DNA of 63,874 nucleotides, filler included, from Octopus bimaculoides (taxonomy: Eukaryota), in assembly GCF_001194135.2 (NCBI RefSeq). It is 8 parts of 8 records of this genome, joined end to end, with 100 filler letters (N's around TTAATTAATTAA, not from the genome) between each part and the next. Parts side by side here need not be neighbours in the genome. Positions count along the whole stretch, not along the records: positions 1 to 18,320 come from NC_068984.1; 7 more parts are not named here. One strand, given 5' to 3'. The notes beneath the pieces were generated by a model. The model saw only the letters and a program-made list of their open reading frames with translations. It was not told where the DNA came from and searched no databases. Below, piece after piece: positions 1-13,605 of the stretch. How positions within the stretch are numbered: position 1 is the first letter of the stretch; each line of letters starts with the position of its first letter. A program made the position numbers and the translations under genes.

Positions 1-286
1 TATATACATGAAGTAATATTTTTCTCTTTTAAACTATTGTATAGACAATATTTAGTAAACCGTCTCATTAACCATAAAAAAAATGTTCCTACTTAACGTT
101 TAAATTTCTGTAATTTTGAATTTTTAATCACCTCTTGTTTTGAACTTGACAAAGACAGACGTACCGTTGAAATAAAATATCTATAAAATATCTATAAAAT
201 ATCTTTAAAACTTAAAAACTGATGATGTCATTCCATCAACGTATGGAGGCTGGTTGCTCTCGTTCATACTTTACGTTTAAATGTCT

Positions 287-287
<1 letters not shown>

Positions 288-345
<58 letters not shown>

Positions 346-369
346 GATGATGATGATAATAATAATAAT
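288..369. repeat. (AAT)n/(GAT)n microsatellite
   Basis: Direct trinucleotide run. Confidence 0.95.
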
Positions 370-794
370 TGAGGTATAAGCGCAAAATAAGTGAAATACC
401 TCTGGAGAATTAGTGTACAAACAAAACTACTACAATTGTAATATAAATTGTAATATAAATATTAATTGTAATATAAATAAACATTTTAAAACAACTATTC
501 AACTGCAAAACCAGTAGAGGTGATTATAAGATCAGAATTCAGTTTGATTTAAAAGGTAACGCTATCACCTTCAACTGATTACCAACGCAGGGAGTTTGTT
601 TCAATTACTTCCCTTTTGAAGACGTCGTAACTGACGGACGTTTGATGAAGTTGCAGCAATTTGGATACATAATTGCATAAAGAGCAATGTGTAGTTGTTG
701 CAGTGGAAATATATGTTGGTCTTTGTTATATATGCTCCAGAAACCTTTAAATTAAAAAGTTTTGGATGTGAGTAAATCTTCACTTTCCTTTTGG

Positions 795-827
<33 letters not shown>

Positions 828-1040
828 NNNNNNNNNNNNNNNNNNNNNNNNNNNNNNNNNNNNNNNNNNNNNNNNNNNNNNNNNNNNNNNNNNNNNNNNN
901 NNNNNNNNNNNNNNNNNNNNNNNNNNNNNNNNNNNNNNNNNNNNNNNNNNNNNNNNNNNNNNNNNNNNNNNNNNNNNNNNNNNNNNNNNNNNNNNNNNNN
1001 NNNNNNNNNNNNNNNNNNNNNNNNNNNNNNNNNNNNNNNN

Positions 1041-1072
<32 letters not shown>

Positions 1073-1076
1073 GATA

Positions 1077-1278
1077 TATCTGTGTTTGCCCCCCCCCCCA
1101 ACATCGCTTGACAACTGGTGGTGTGTTTACGTCCCCGTAACCTAGCGGTTCGGTTAAAGAGACCGACAGAATAAGTACTAAGCTTCCAAAGAATAAGTCC
1201 TGGGGTCGATTTGCTCGACTAGAGGTGGTGCTCCAGCATGGCCGCAGTCAAATGACTGAAACAAGTAAAAGAGTAAAA
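1077..1278 (+). mobile_element. OK-like tRNA-derived SINE, 3' half
   Basis: Matches the 3' half of the full copy at 40441-40853 (ttacgtccccgtaac..gcggttcgg..aataagtact..ctccagcatggccgcagtcaaatgactgaaacaagtaaaag); begins after a (TG)n run. Family name from recall. Confidence 0.8.
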
Positions 1279-2550
1279 CTAGTATATATATATACGCGCA
1301 CATATATACACATATACATATACATGTATATATGCGTGTATGTTCGTATGTTTCTTTTTGAGAAGCAAATTAAACAGGTGACACTACCTAATAACTCCGC
1401 TGTGAGAACTACATTCAACCAGTGAATGGCTTCTTGGAGAGTTGCAATACTGTAGGTTTTCTGTTCGCAAATCGTGACATAAAAATATATAAATACATAA
1501 ATGAATGTACCCATACAATTTTCATGTTGTTACAATTCGGTAGAAACGCTTGAGTGAAGTTAATCGGTTTTGGCTGGTTGATCACATTGACTTGGCGAAT
1601 GATATTCTGAAGACTTTTTCGATATCGCTAATGGTTCTCTAACGTACCTCTTACTCAATGGAGCCTGGTTTAATAATTATATATATTTGAAGAATATTGT
1701 ACGACCGAGTTGCTTTATTGTGCTATAGGCAATAGTGTTGTTGGAACATAGAACGTAGTCTATGAGATATTTCAAGTCTTAAATGCAGAAGGTGAAATAG
1801 ACTTCATTTAGCAGTAATGAATAGCCATGAGAATATAACCATCGGTGAATTATCGATTAATCCTGAGGCAAATTCGTTTGCTGATTGTAATAAAACTGTA
1901 AAGGTAAATAGCAGTGTGTTGCACGGATGCCTATTATGTTAGGCAAGCGAAGCTGTCACATTTGGTTTCCATTAACACTCCCACACGTACGTGTTCCCCA
2001 CACGCGAGCGCAATTAGCTATATGCCTATCTATCAACTCTTTTTTTCCCTCTCTCTACCTATTTGTCTTTTTCCCGCTCAGTGTCTCTAGTTATATGTAC
2101 ATATACATATATGTTTGCATGTGTATGTGTGTATATATGTGTGTGTCAGTGTGGTTTGTGTGTGTGTGTGTAGCTAGCTAGATATCCTATATGTAAAGCT
2201 GCATTTACACATGTAGTTACGTACATAAATACATACATACATGTAAATGTCTGTAGGCATGTATTCATGTAGGTAAGTATATGTACCTGTATTTCTATGC
2301 ACGTGCATATTGAAGACATGACTATGCTCCGGTTTGCTCTTTCTTGTTCCAACGCCAATTGGAGCAATGCCCTGTGTTGATGCCGCGCTTTTTTTGCAGG
2401 CAGCAAAAGCTTATGGGTATAATCTAGCAACAAATAAAATTGCCATTGCCAACCAAAATGTGTGCTTTACGCTTAAATCCTATTTACTGATCTAGCATAT
2501 TTCATTGATTTTGTACTCAAAAGGAACGCACACACTATAATTTTTCATTT

Positions 2551-2718
2551 ATTTGTTTCAGCCAATTAAATCTGACCATGATGGAACACCGCCTTCAAGG
2601 GTTTTAGGCGAATAAATCGACCCCAGGGCTTATTCTTTGTAAATCTAGCACTTATTCTTTCGACCTGTTTTGCCGAAACGCTAAGTCACGGGACATAAAC
2701 GGCTGTCAAGCGATGGCG
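2551..2718 (-). mobile_element. OK-like SINE, 3' half, diverged
   Basis: Reverse complement of the same SINE tail (gaataaatcgaccccagg..cttattctttg..gccgaaacgctaagtcacggg). Confidence 0.7.
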
Positions 2719-2789
2719 TGTGGTCAAAGACAGACAGACAGACACAAACAAACACACACACACATGCCATGCATATATATATATATATA

Positions 2790-2960
2790 TAGTTGAAATT
2801 TATAGAAAAACAAAAGACAAAGACAAGTGTATGACCAACAAGCAAGTGTATTAGTTTGACGTTCGGGAAAAATCAAAATGTCTTTTTCGTTTCAAGCCTA
2901 CGCTCTGCAACAGAAAGGAAGAAGAGTAAATAAACAAAGAGAGAATGAAAAAAAAACTTG
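2790..2960 (-). mobile_element. Fragment of a dispersed Penelope-LTR-like repeat with degenerate hammerhead-like core (2882-2917)
   Basis: Shares gtgtattagttt.acg.tcg..gcctacgctct.caacagaaagg with 33900-33980; minus strand reads CUUU CUGUUG(C)A GAGC GUAG GCUU GAAAC GAA AAAG. Confidence 0.55.
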
Positions 2961-3116
2961 TAGATTTCAGCGGGCCAGTATGGCGAATGATTGGAAAAAA
3001 GAGGTGAAAAGAAAGGGAGATAATAAAAATAAAGAGGTTGAATGAATGGAAGATAATAAAGTGGATATTGATCCCAACAAGAGAAGCTGCGCGTGTGTGA
3101 GTGTTTATGTGAGAAT

Positions 3117-3151
<35 letters not shown>

Positions 3152-3599
3152 ATCACCGAGTGACTTTGATGTGTGTGTATATGTAACATGTGTGCGTGTT
3201 CGTGTGTGTAACGTGTGTAGCAATTGATGTGTGCACATGTGTGTGTGTGACCAAACAATGTGCATGTGTATGGTGTATATATGTGAACGAAAGTTATATT
3301 TGTCTATGTATGTTGCGTGTGTTAATGTGTGTTGCGTGTGTATGTATATATAGCCTGTGTTCAGGTATTATGTGCTTGTGTAGGTGTGGGAGTGTGTAGG
3401 ATGGTGTATGGTGTGTGTACGGAGTTAAACGGTGTAAGTGGCTGCTCATACAGCGGCATGTGTGATGACGCTATTGAAGATTGTGTGAGGGTGTGTGGTT
3501 GATGGTATGTGGAGTGGGTGCTAGAAAGTGGTCAGTGCTAGTGCGTGTGGAGTGGTGTGGGGTTGGTATCAAATGAAGAGAGGAGGCGAGGTTGGTGTC

Positions 3600-3899
3600 A
3601 GATGAAAAGAGGTGGGTGTTGAGCCCCTGTGACGCAAAGGAGCGAAGTGAAAAGATTAATTCTTGTTCACGGCGAAGGGGGGAGTCCGGAGGGCTCCAGT
3701 GCAAAGACAGTCCGAGCACAGATAGATGTTGTAGCGAATGACCGGTCGAGCGGAAATGGCGCGAGACCGGGGTGCCATTGCCGGGTATGATGTCTCGAAG
3801 GTGCTCTGCGAACCGGTCGGCCAAGCGGCGTCCCGTTTGACCGATGTATAGGGAAAGACAGAGTGAGAAGGCGATGCAGTAAATGACGTTACTAGAAAA
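3600..3899 (-). mobile_element. Penelope-like element GIY-YIG endonuclease C-terminal fragment
   Basis: Translation NVIYCIAFSLCLSLYIGQTGRRLADRFAEHLRD..PVSRHF..GHS..RREQELIFSL..GLN; the IY..YIG motif and downstream features are typical of PLE GIY-YIG. Confidence 0.85.
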
Positions 3900-3903
3900 G
3901 CTG

Positions 3904-4068
3904 GACGACGGACGTCTTTCAGTTTCTGTCTACCAAATCCACTCACAAGGCTTTGGTCGGCCTGAGGCTATAGTTAAAGACAGTTGCTCAAGGTTCCACG
4001 CAGTGGGACTGAACCCGGAACCGTGTGGTTGGGAAGCAAACTTCCTACCACACAGCTACGCCTGCGCC
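3904..4068 (-). mobile_element. OK-like SINE, 5' half (tRNA-related head)
   Basis: Minus strand ggcgcaggcgtagctgtgtggtagg..ggttccgggttcagtcccactgcgtgg; A/B-box-like; matches the start of 40441. Confidence 0.8.
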
Positions 4069-4273
4069 AATATGTATGTTGATATTTAATTTCCATTTTC
4101 TAATTTATAATCATCACAGTTCTATTCTAGTAATTTTTTTCTGGAATGCTGTCTTCAACATTTGTTTTACTATATAGTTATATTATACTGTGCCAAAATG
4201 GCACATTTTATAGGCATGGTCAGCTGACTTATGTGAGCTTGTGTATTTATGCATGTTTGTTTGTTTGTTTGTT

Positions 4274-4332
<59 letters not shown>

Positions 4333-4773
4333 NNNNNNNNNNNNNNNNNNNNNNNNNNNNNNNNNNNNNNNNNNNNNNNNNNNNNNNNNNNNNNNNNNNN
4401 NNNNNNNNNNNNNNNNNNNNNNNNNNNNNNNNNNNNNNNNNNNNNNNNNNNNNNNNNNNNNNNNNNNNNNNNNNNNNNNNNNNNNNNNNNNNNNNNNNNN
4501 NNNNNNNNNNNNNNNNNNNNNNNNNNNNNNNNNNNNNNNNNNNNNNNNNNNNNNNNNNNNNNNNNNNNNNTCTTCATTTCCGACGGCTTTGTTGTAGCCT
4601 CCGCAAGCACTATTAATTGCATTTCCCGAGACTATCCATCTATCTTTCTCACTCTCTTTCTCTCACTCTCTCTCTTTCTCTCTCTCTCCCTAAAGTTAAA
4701 TAAATATCTGATTTGACAAGATAGATTATGATATGCCTTGAGAAGTTCATTTGTCTCTAGTTATCACACACAC

Positions 4774-4822
<49 letters not shown>

Positions 4823-4888
4823 TATAAATCACATACACAAAGACATATGCACACACAAGCCTTCGCAAGTAAACCAGCTTAATTCGCA

Positions 4889-4950
4889 ACACTTTGGAGA
4901 AACATCAAGTAAAATAGTAACACTTTGGAGAAACATCAAGTAAAATAGTA
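4889..4950. repeat. Perfect 31-bp tandem duplication
   Basis: acactttggagaaacatcaagtaaaatagta twice. Confidence 0.9.
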
Positions 4951-5984
4951 AACATTTACTGAATATACTCAACGCTGCGTTCATACCCAATCGAGAACTA
5001 CATCGTAACGAAGTGAACTTTTTATTGCACCAGCAGGCTTGTACTAATATGTCGATAGTATATAGCACATACATTGACACATTTATATTGGAAGAATTGT
5101 ATGATGAGGTACGAGCAAACTTAATGTGAAAATTAAATAAACGGAATGAAAATTTTAAAATAAAATGAAAATAAATTAAACGAACGACAAAACCTTAGGA
5201 TAGTAATTAGTTGACATCTGGTCTATAATTATAAAATAATTAGAATATAAAATTATTTCTCTTAAAAACAAACAAACAAAAAAAGACACAGAAACCGAAA
5301 CTCAAATAAAATAAAATAACAATAATATTAGATATATAATTATATATACACATGACTTATGTACACCTATATATACATATGCATAAACCCACACATGTAT
5401 GCATATATATGTATCTATGTATCTATTTACGTACGTGTGTGTGTGCGTGCGCGCGTGTGTATATGTGTTTGTGTGCGTGTCTACATGCAAAACAAATCGC
5501 ATATAATGCGCTGTTGTATGTGTTTGTATATCAGTACCTAAACGAATATGGATCGAAAATGCAATAAAATTATTTCATATTCATATATGAATTTCTAAAA
5601 GCATACGTTCGTATTAATGTAGTAGAATACACGTACATTTATTAAACGAGTTATGCGGGTCAATATCAATATAGATTGCTTCTTAATGTGGATATGTATT
5701 CTACTGATGTAATCGTTCAACGACAAGATTCCGTTAGTGATTAAAAACATGTTTCTGAATCAACAACTACAAACGCTGCCTCAAGTATTGCAGATGAGAT
5801 TTACATCAGAGCGAGAGATTAAGCAAACGATAAAGCAACAAAACAATAGCATGATATTTAAATGTATTGCACAAAATTGTATGAAAAGATAAGTTAAAAG
5901 ACAAACTTTAATCTAAAAGATATACTATATATATAAATGCTTGCATACACGTGCGCATATAACTACATGTATGTATATGTATGC

Positions 5985-6015
<31 letters not shown>

Positions 6016-7290
6016 NNNNNNNNNNNNNNNNNNNNNNNNNNNNNNNNNNNNNNNNNNNNNNNNNNNNNNNNNNNNNNNNNNNNNNNNNNNNNNNNNNNNN
6101 NNNNNNNNTATATAAGGTTGAAAATATGTGGAAAATACATATATATATATATATACATCGAAGTTCCATCTAAAATACCTTTTTGTGCGAAGCGATTAGC
6201 CAGAAGACGATAAAAGTGAAAAGATTTAGTGATAATCGTAATTATAATGGTTTTGGAAAGTATATATGTATGTATGTATTGTGTATGTATGTATATAAGT
6301 ATTTATTATCTATATATGTATGTATATATGTATGTGTATATATGTAAATATGTATGTGTGTGTGTAGCCTTCCTTTTACCCACCAACACACCCTGCCTAA
6401 TTAATTTATACCCCACACCGCCTCTCAGAGCAACCACTTCTCTGTATAATATAACCGATGTAACTCATACCTCATTCTGGTTCTTACACCAACCTCTTTA
6501 TGCAAATTTCGCAGAGAAAGAGGAAGAAAAAGAAATAGAAAGAAAGAAAAGAGAGAAATAGTAAGTGGGAGACAGAGAGTTGTTTTCTGGCAGAGAAGAA
6601 TATCGCCTGGTCTATCTGCTGTATCACTGCCATCACCACCTCAAAACGGAGACGCCATTGCATCTCGGCTGATCTCACTGTTCAATAAGGGAGCTTATAC
6701 CAGGTTGCTCGGCGTACAACAATTAGTCGCCATTCTTCCTCAAATCTTATCCTAGTGTCTTCTAAATAGAAAGTGGACTGAAGAATATAGTTCCTGACAT
6801 GCAAAAAGACGAGATGATCTCGACTGAGATGATTTTCCTCTTAGATGTCTTTGATCAAATTTCATATGATCAAATCTCATAATTAAGCATATTGAGCCGA
6901 AGAGAGAGAGCTTAGTTCAGAGGCCCCGATTGGCTCCAATAAACTTGATGGTTGTTTCTTTCTAAGAAGAAACTTGATCCAATAGTTGTACGATGAAAGG
7001 TATTCTAATTGGTATTTTCTCGTCTCTTTGTATGGCAGGAAGTACAATTGTGACAAGAATCATTTTAGGAAACTTATTTTGTACTATAAATTTAATTAAC
7101 ATTTCAATGTGTCATCTTTCAGCTTTATGTCTTCAATGGCGAGTAATAATATAAAGACAGTGAAAGTGACCCTATCAGTTAACTCAAAATTTATATTTAT
7201 AGGAAGTTAGAAGTAGATGCTTCCTTGGCGTGAGTTCGCAAGGTTGAGAATTAACTCCATTGTTTTTTAAATATACTGTAAATTATAAAC

Positions 7291-7551
7291 TGTTGTAACG
7301 TAATTTGTTACGTACAATAAACAAGATAACCAAACAACGGTAACAATAATGTAACGAACTAACAAATTTCTTTATGAACCACCAATCAATATTCCTTGTG
7401 AACTAACAAACCGATACCTTCCGACTTCACTGCGAGCTAATACGAACTTCACTCGACTCCGAACTCTGAACCCATTCGGATCGTTACTATTTATACTTTA
7501 CTCGAACCACTCTATCTCTCGCAAGAGAGCGTCGTAACTCTCATTACAACA
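7291..7551 (-). repeat. 3' LTR of the Gypsy element (261 bp)
   Basis: TGTTGTAA...TTACAACA termini; direct repeat of 11665-11936. Confidence 0.93.
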
Positions 7552-8233
7552 TCACTTTTGAGATTTCGACTACTGTGAGAAAGTGGAATTTCTTTCATTT
7601 TATTTCTGTTCTTTCCAACTGTTGTATCATAATTGTTGCCTGACTTTTAAGGTAGTGTTGTTCGTTGCACACAGCACTTGTGCTTTTTGTTGTACTAAGC
7701 ACTCTTGTCAGCATTCTCGTTATTTTCTTTAAAGTACCTCTCTGTCTCTCTCTCTCTCTTATTTTTTAATTTAATATTTTTTTGTTCAGGTATTACTTCT
7801 AGATATTCAATCTATTTTCGTTTTCTGAAGCTAGTTCTACGGGTTTCAATATCTCTCGGTGCAAGCACTTCAAACATATCATAGAAGACTTCCATTAGCA
7901 TTACACTTCATTGTTCTGTATGTCTCATTTTTAACTGGTTAAGGTGTCCCTTATGTTCTAAACTTCGTCCTTTCATTAAATACATCATGTTACCTAATCT
8001 TATGATTACACAGCCATCCTCCAAACCTTCTTTACCATTTTTGTAATTTTTAAAAATGAACTTTATCTCCTACTTCGAAATGTTTTATAATATTGCTAGT
8101 ATCTCCTTTAAATTTATTTTTTGTCCTTCCTTTATATGTATTTTTTCTTGACAATAATTTATTGAAGATCGATTTTATTTTACAAGCGAACATTAACTCT
8201 CCTGGTGAATTAGTATTTGGATTTGGCGTTATT

Positions 8234-10270
8234 CTATATACTAAATTTCGTTAGTGCCTCGTCATTATCTAGCTCGTTCCAAGCTTTTCTTAGAGCTCTT
8301 TTGAACGTGTCGACAAATCTTTCCGCCTGCCCATTTAACCTGGGCTGGTAGGGCGGGGTAAAGATGTGTTTTATGGCATGTATTTTGCAGAAATTTCTTA
8401 ATTCATATCCCGTCAATTGTGTTCTATTGTCTGAAATAACTCGAGTAGGAACTTTATTGTTGTCTTTGCTGTAGGTTTTATTACATCTGTATACCCCTGG
8501 CTTCTTTGTATAGCTATCCACAACGATTAGATAGTATGCGTCGTCGTTCACAGGCCGAGCGTAGTCGATATGTATCCTGGACCATGGGCTCTCAGTCTCC
8601 GGCCACGACTGGCATTTTACTGGTGGTGCTTTGGTTGCCAACGCGCAACCTCTACATGCTTTCACTAATTTCTCGATGTCCCTGTCAATAGTCGGCCAAT
8701 ATACAAAGCTCCTCTGAAAGCTTTCATTCTGAACATTCCCGGGTACCTACAGTGGAATTGTTGCAATTCATTTCTGTAGTGCACTCTGCGCAGACATTAA
8801 GACAATGTCGCATAATGATAAATTATTTTAATTAGTATTTTCATTATGCCCATTTTTCAATGTTTCTTTCATTCCTGTAATGTAACTATCGTCTACGGAT
8901 TTCATTTTTATATCACGCGCTGTCACCGGCAGTTCCTGACTTATATTACACACAATACTTCTTACTTCATTTTCTGATTCCAATGACGCTATCACAGTCT
9001 CTTCTAGCGGTGCCACGCTCTTGGAAATTAGTCTCGATAAGCAGTCTGCATGACCAATTTTCTTCGACGGAATATACTGCATCTCAAAATTGTAGTACAG
9101 TAATATTGTACCTCAGCGTTGTAGCCGGTTCGCTGTATAGGTAGGCAATCTCTTCTTTGATCCAAAAATTGATAGTAAACGTCAAAGCTTCTACTTTATA
9201 GAAATTTGTGAATTTTTTTTACTGCAAAAATAATCGATAGGGCCTCCTTCTCTGTCTGACAATACTTTTTTTCCTGCTGCTATCAGCGAACGTAAAGCAT
9301 GAATTACTGGCTTCATATTTCCATCTTTATACTTGTGTAGCAAGACTGCTCCTATTCCATACTCCGAAGCATCAGATACTACAACAATGTCCATTCTAGG
9401 AATGCACTAGTGTCAAGTCAGAAATTAACATTTCCTTTATGTCTTCTGAAGCGCCTTGACTCTTTGCTGACCAATTCCATTTTACTTCTTTGTTTAGTAG
9501 ATCGTTTAATGGTGTTCTCAATCTATGTATATTCGGAATGTACCGTTGGTAGTAATTTACTAGGTCAAGGAAAGTTTTTAATGTCGGTATATTCTTTGGA
9601 GGAGGCATATTCTTGATTGCATCTACCCTCGACGAATCAGGGCGTCTTCAATTCTTATCTATGATTTGACCTAGGTATTTTATTTTAGGCAAAAAATAAT
9701 TCACACTTCTCTTCTCTGAGTGTGAAACCATAATCATTATTTTTTTAAAGACACACTTCACGTGTTTGATATGCTCATTCCGCAATTCGCTTTTGATTAA
9801 ATACTTCATCACGGTAAGGAATAGTAAAGTGACAGTCTGCCAACATCGCGTCCATCACCTGTTGAAATATTGCAGGTGCTACTTTCAGTTCAAAAGGCAG
9901 TCTACTGTATTTGTATAGACCTCTGTGCGTGTTGACAGTTTACAGCTTTGTGCATTTTTTATCTACTTTGATTTGTAGATGTGCGTCAGACAGATCGAGT
10001 TTTGAAAATATTTTTCCTCCATTTAGTTTTGTATAAATATCTTCTGGGTCGGTAGTGGATAATGGTTCATTTTTAAAAAGTCATTAAAACTGGCCGAAAA
10101 ATCGGCACGGAACCTTTTTTTTTTTCTTTTTTTTTTCTATTTCTTATACATACAATCAGAGCTTCCCATTTCCCCTTTCTCAATGATTCCGTTTTTTTTC
10201 CTAATCTGTGCAACTCATCGTCCACTTGCTTTATTTCCGCAAAATGCACTTTCTTATTAGGCTTAAACAC
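8234..10270 (-). pseudogene. Gypsy pol remnant: RT, RNase H, integrase
   Basis: FSKLDLSDAHLQI, NTHRGLYKYSRLPF..APAIFQQVMD, YRDE in place of YLDD, DASEYGIGAVLLH (RNase H), PWSRIHIDYA, ISDNRTQ, PPYQPRLNGQAERFVDTFKRAL (integrase); split across frames. Confidence 0.92.
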
Positions 10271-10699
10271 AAGTGTGACTTTATCATCTAATTCAAAACA
10301 CGCTTCTGTCTTTGTGCACGGACATAATTTGACGAGAGTACTTGCGGAAACCAGACGGATTAATTTAGAGGGACAACGATTTACGTTTTTATAATAAAGA
10401 TTTATGGGGAGGTTAGATAAATCGAATTATTCTAACCAATCGGTAACAAACAGATCGGTTGCATTTTTTATAACAAAGACTTTCGTCTTGCATGCTTTCC
10501 CTCAAAATGTGACATTAGTCCACATTTCGCCTATGAAATGTAATTTGCCACCCGTCACGTTACGAGCAGATTTCGCTGTTTTTCTCAACATAGGTTCCCT
10601 ATTTCCTTCCCAATGAAGTTTAATATGTATTCCATTTATTTTTACGTACACGAATTTTCTTATTTGGGAGTCGATTTTTGTTTCTGCTGAGTACTCTAG

Positions 10700-11594
10700 G
10701 ATTTTTAACGTTTGACCTTCGTACTTTTTTCTGCCGTGTGAACTCTTGTGACCAATTCTTTTGCAACTGTAACATTTTTCCTTTTTAAAGGGCCAGTCTT
10801 TTCTGAAATGTATGCTCCCACATCCATAACATGGATTTGGACGTAGCGCTCATTTTTGGTTGTACTTTTCCGGTCGACGTATCAGTATATTTGAGGAATC
10901 CTTTTCTTGAATTTTTTTCTACATCGTGTTTCAAGTTTACCATCCATTGGCATTCTTCTGCCACGATTAGATTTTGGTTTGCTTGTTACAATTTAGAAAG
11001 AATTCTTGTCCAAATTTCTGTATCTTCACTTGCTGTAAGGCCTTCTACGAAAATAAGACACTTAAACATTTCAGGTGTAAGTTCTTTGAGCTTGAAACTT
11101 TCACACATCCCGTTGCTTGTTCCTGCGTATGTGATAAAATCATCATTCTCTTTTTTCGTTATATTCCAACACTCCATTCGACTATTAAATAGAGAAAATT
11201 TATCACCGAGTATGTTAGACAGTAATTCAATTGTTTCTTTAAAATAAATTTCATTGGGCTTTTGGGGCAATATGAAATTAGAGTAACGTTGATGCTCTAG
11301 CGGAGCTAACTTTCGCAATAACGATCTCAATTTTTGTTCATCCGACCAAAATTTGAAATCTTGTTTTAAAATCTCCTCATACTTTCTGTAGTACGATGCA
11401 AAAGTTGTAACCTCCTCTGGGTTATAACTGAATTAATTAAACGAGTTCGAAACGCCGTCTGGCAAAAACGAACTTACCTTATTTTTGAACTTCTTTGAAT
11501 ATAGCTCCAATAATTGTTGTTGTTGCTATAATAGTTGCTTCTGCAACTCCTTTTGCTTTTGGAACTGTACTATGGAAACTAATTGGTTTTCCAT
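10700..11594 (-). pseudogene. Gypsy gag remnant with double zinc knuckle
   Basis: ATG at 11594 (MENQL..); LLRKLAPLEHQRYSNFILPQKP..SLFNSR; knuckle region CYGCGSIHFRKDWPFKKEKCYSCKRIGHKSSH near 10730-10830; in-frame stops. Confidence 0.85.
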
Positions 11595-11651
11595 TATTTA
11601 ACAAGTTGTATCACGAACAAATTGTTAAATAACTTAAGTGAGCTTCGAAAA

Positions 11652-11662
11652 CCTCGTCGCCA
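11652..11662 (-). promoter_or_regulatory. Primer binding site TGGCGACGAGG (complementary to the tRNA-Ser(GCU) 3' end)
   Basis: 2 nt downstream of the 5' LTR; complement of ..CCUCGUCGCCA, the usual 3' end of metazoan tRNA-Ser(GCU) (from recall). Confidence 0.8.
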
Positions 11663-11664
11663 GA

Positions 11665-11936
11665 TGTTGTAACGTAATTTGTTACGTACAATAAATAAGA
11701 TAAGATACAATAAATAAGACAACAGTAACAACACTATAACGAACTAACAAATCTCTTTACGAACCAACAATCAATATTCCTTATGAACTAACCAACCGAC
11801 ATCTTCCGACTTCTCTGCGAATTAACACGAACTTCACTCGACTCCGAACTCTGAACCCACTCGGATCGTTACTATTTATACTTTACTCGGACAAGTCTGT
11901 CTCTCGCAAGGGGGCATCGTAACTCTCATCACAGCA
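11665..11936 (-). repeat. 5' LTR of the Gypsy element (272 bp)
   Basis: Direct repeat of 7291-7551 with a small indel and about 20 substitutions by manual count. Confidence 0.93.
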
Positions 11937-11989
11937 TAAACCAACATCTGTTGATGGAAGAAAACAAAGCATAAAATCTTCAGAAGGTA

Positions 11990-12340
11990 GTGAGGATGTT
12001 TATTCATCAAAGATCCTGCGCTAACGATATCCGTGAAGTAGCAATTCAAAATGATTCAGCCAAGCTAATTAGTTAGATGAGTATCGAAAATCTTGAATCC
12101 TATGATCGGTGGTTACGGTGATTTAGAAATCGACATGGGAAGAATATTTGAATACCCATGAAGAAGAAAGTAGAGCAACAACCAAAGAAACAGGACTATT
12201 AAACAAAAGGTAAAAAGATGTTTGTGAAGGGCTCTTAGTTTCTAAAGTGTATAATACGGATGAAATTGAATTGTATTGATGACAACTACCCTGGACTGAT
12301 CGAGCATTTAATAATGACGCCACTTTACCTGGTTGTAAGG
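11990..12340 (+). mobile_element. Pogo/Tigger transposase remnant
   Basis: Degraded HQRS..IQ..AKL.. and WLR*FRNRHG (CENP-B HTH-like GWL.RF..RHG), then EG...KVYNTDEIELY (YN.DETGL-like). Confidence 0.5.
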
Positions 12341-13605
12341 AAGGATTCTCAGCGTTATGTTTACACATGCAAGCGCCATGCAGCTTTTAAAACTTTGAAG
12401 CAGAGAGAAAGTATAATGCACCAGCTACAAGTGTATTATTTCTATTCCATTTCTTCAATGACGGTTTTCCCGTATTTCAATGCAGCAAAGTGCAAATATC
12501 AACAAGATATCTTCAAACTTTCTGCTAATTAATTAGAAATCACTAATTTTTGATAATACACCTGTTCATCACATGTGGTCACCCATTTGTCAGTATTGGT
12601 AGAAAATAAGGTGAATATTCTCGGCTTACCAATGTTACCAGCCAATAGATCAAAATATTATATACAACAAAGACAATATGACGAAAGATGTCGTACGAGC
12701 ACAAACGACTCTGTGACATCAATTACGTATTTGCAATATTCAATTTAACACCTTCATTGATGCACCACACACTACCACTCAAAGTAATGTTAGGGGCAAG
12801 TGATCATCTTTTAATTAAGAGGGTGATTTAATAGATGCCAGAGAAGACGACGTCAGTACCTCCTAAATTTCTGCATAGTTTATAGCCACCATTATTTCTC
12901 TCTTTGAAGAATTAATAGAAGAACAATGCATTTTCCTTATTAACCTACTCAATAGCCAATTGCATATCTTCTGTTGCTATTGTTATCATCGCCAATTTGT
13001 CAGCTTAATTGTGTGTAGCCAATATCTCATTATCTATCCATTGTATTCTACAAACTCTTTGCTGGGTAGCATTAATCACCAACACAGAAAAATAGGGATA
13101 CTATGCTGCTCTAAACAACAGCAGACTTTACCTTAAAAGATTCCTGAGAGTTTTATCCACTCTGACCAAGCAAACGATTCGTTCACGCGTATTTAAAATC
13201 GTGTCAGTTAATTCTGAAGGTCACCGTACCTTCTCGACTCTGATAATTCCTGCAATATTCATCAAAACCTCACTGGAAATCAACAAAACGCAGATATACT
13301 GGTAGTCTAATTTTATATGGCTATAATATGTCACATTTGAAATGTTTATTCTTAATTACACTGAAGAAAATCATTAACATGTATATTGCTGTTATTCCCA
13401 CTTTTCCAATTCTCACACTAAAGTGAGTATTCCTTCCTGGGTTTTTCATTCAAATTTTTGTTCGTATCTGGAGGACAGGTGAAGTTTCCGCAAAGTAGAA
13501 ACAAGGAAAATCTGTCTCCGGACATATGAACATTTAGACAGATTACGAAATAAATAGATTCTATAACGCTATATATAACAGTATTAGAAACGTTTAGAAC
13601 ATGTG

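Larger units (their letters stand above)
7291..11936 (-). mobile_element. Full-length decayed Ty3/Gypsy LTR retrotransposon (Mag/K02A2.6-like)
   Basis: Two LTRs with TG..CA ends; TSD TAAAC at 7286-7290 and 11937-11941; PBS present; gag-(PR)-RT-RH-IN order with many stops and frameshifts. Confidence 0.95.

Noticed and set aside
703-767. Plus-strand candidate exon WKYMLVFVIYAPETFKLKSF with GTGAGT donor
   Set aside because: Weak acceptor and no recognisable homology or partner exon.
2290-2424. Minus-strand open segment with a CAG|GTACAT donor
   Set aside because: Two alternative frames, neither recognisable; the acceptor is ambiguous.
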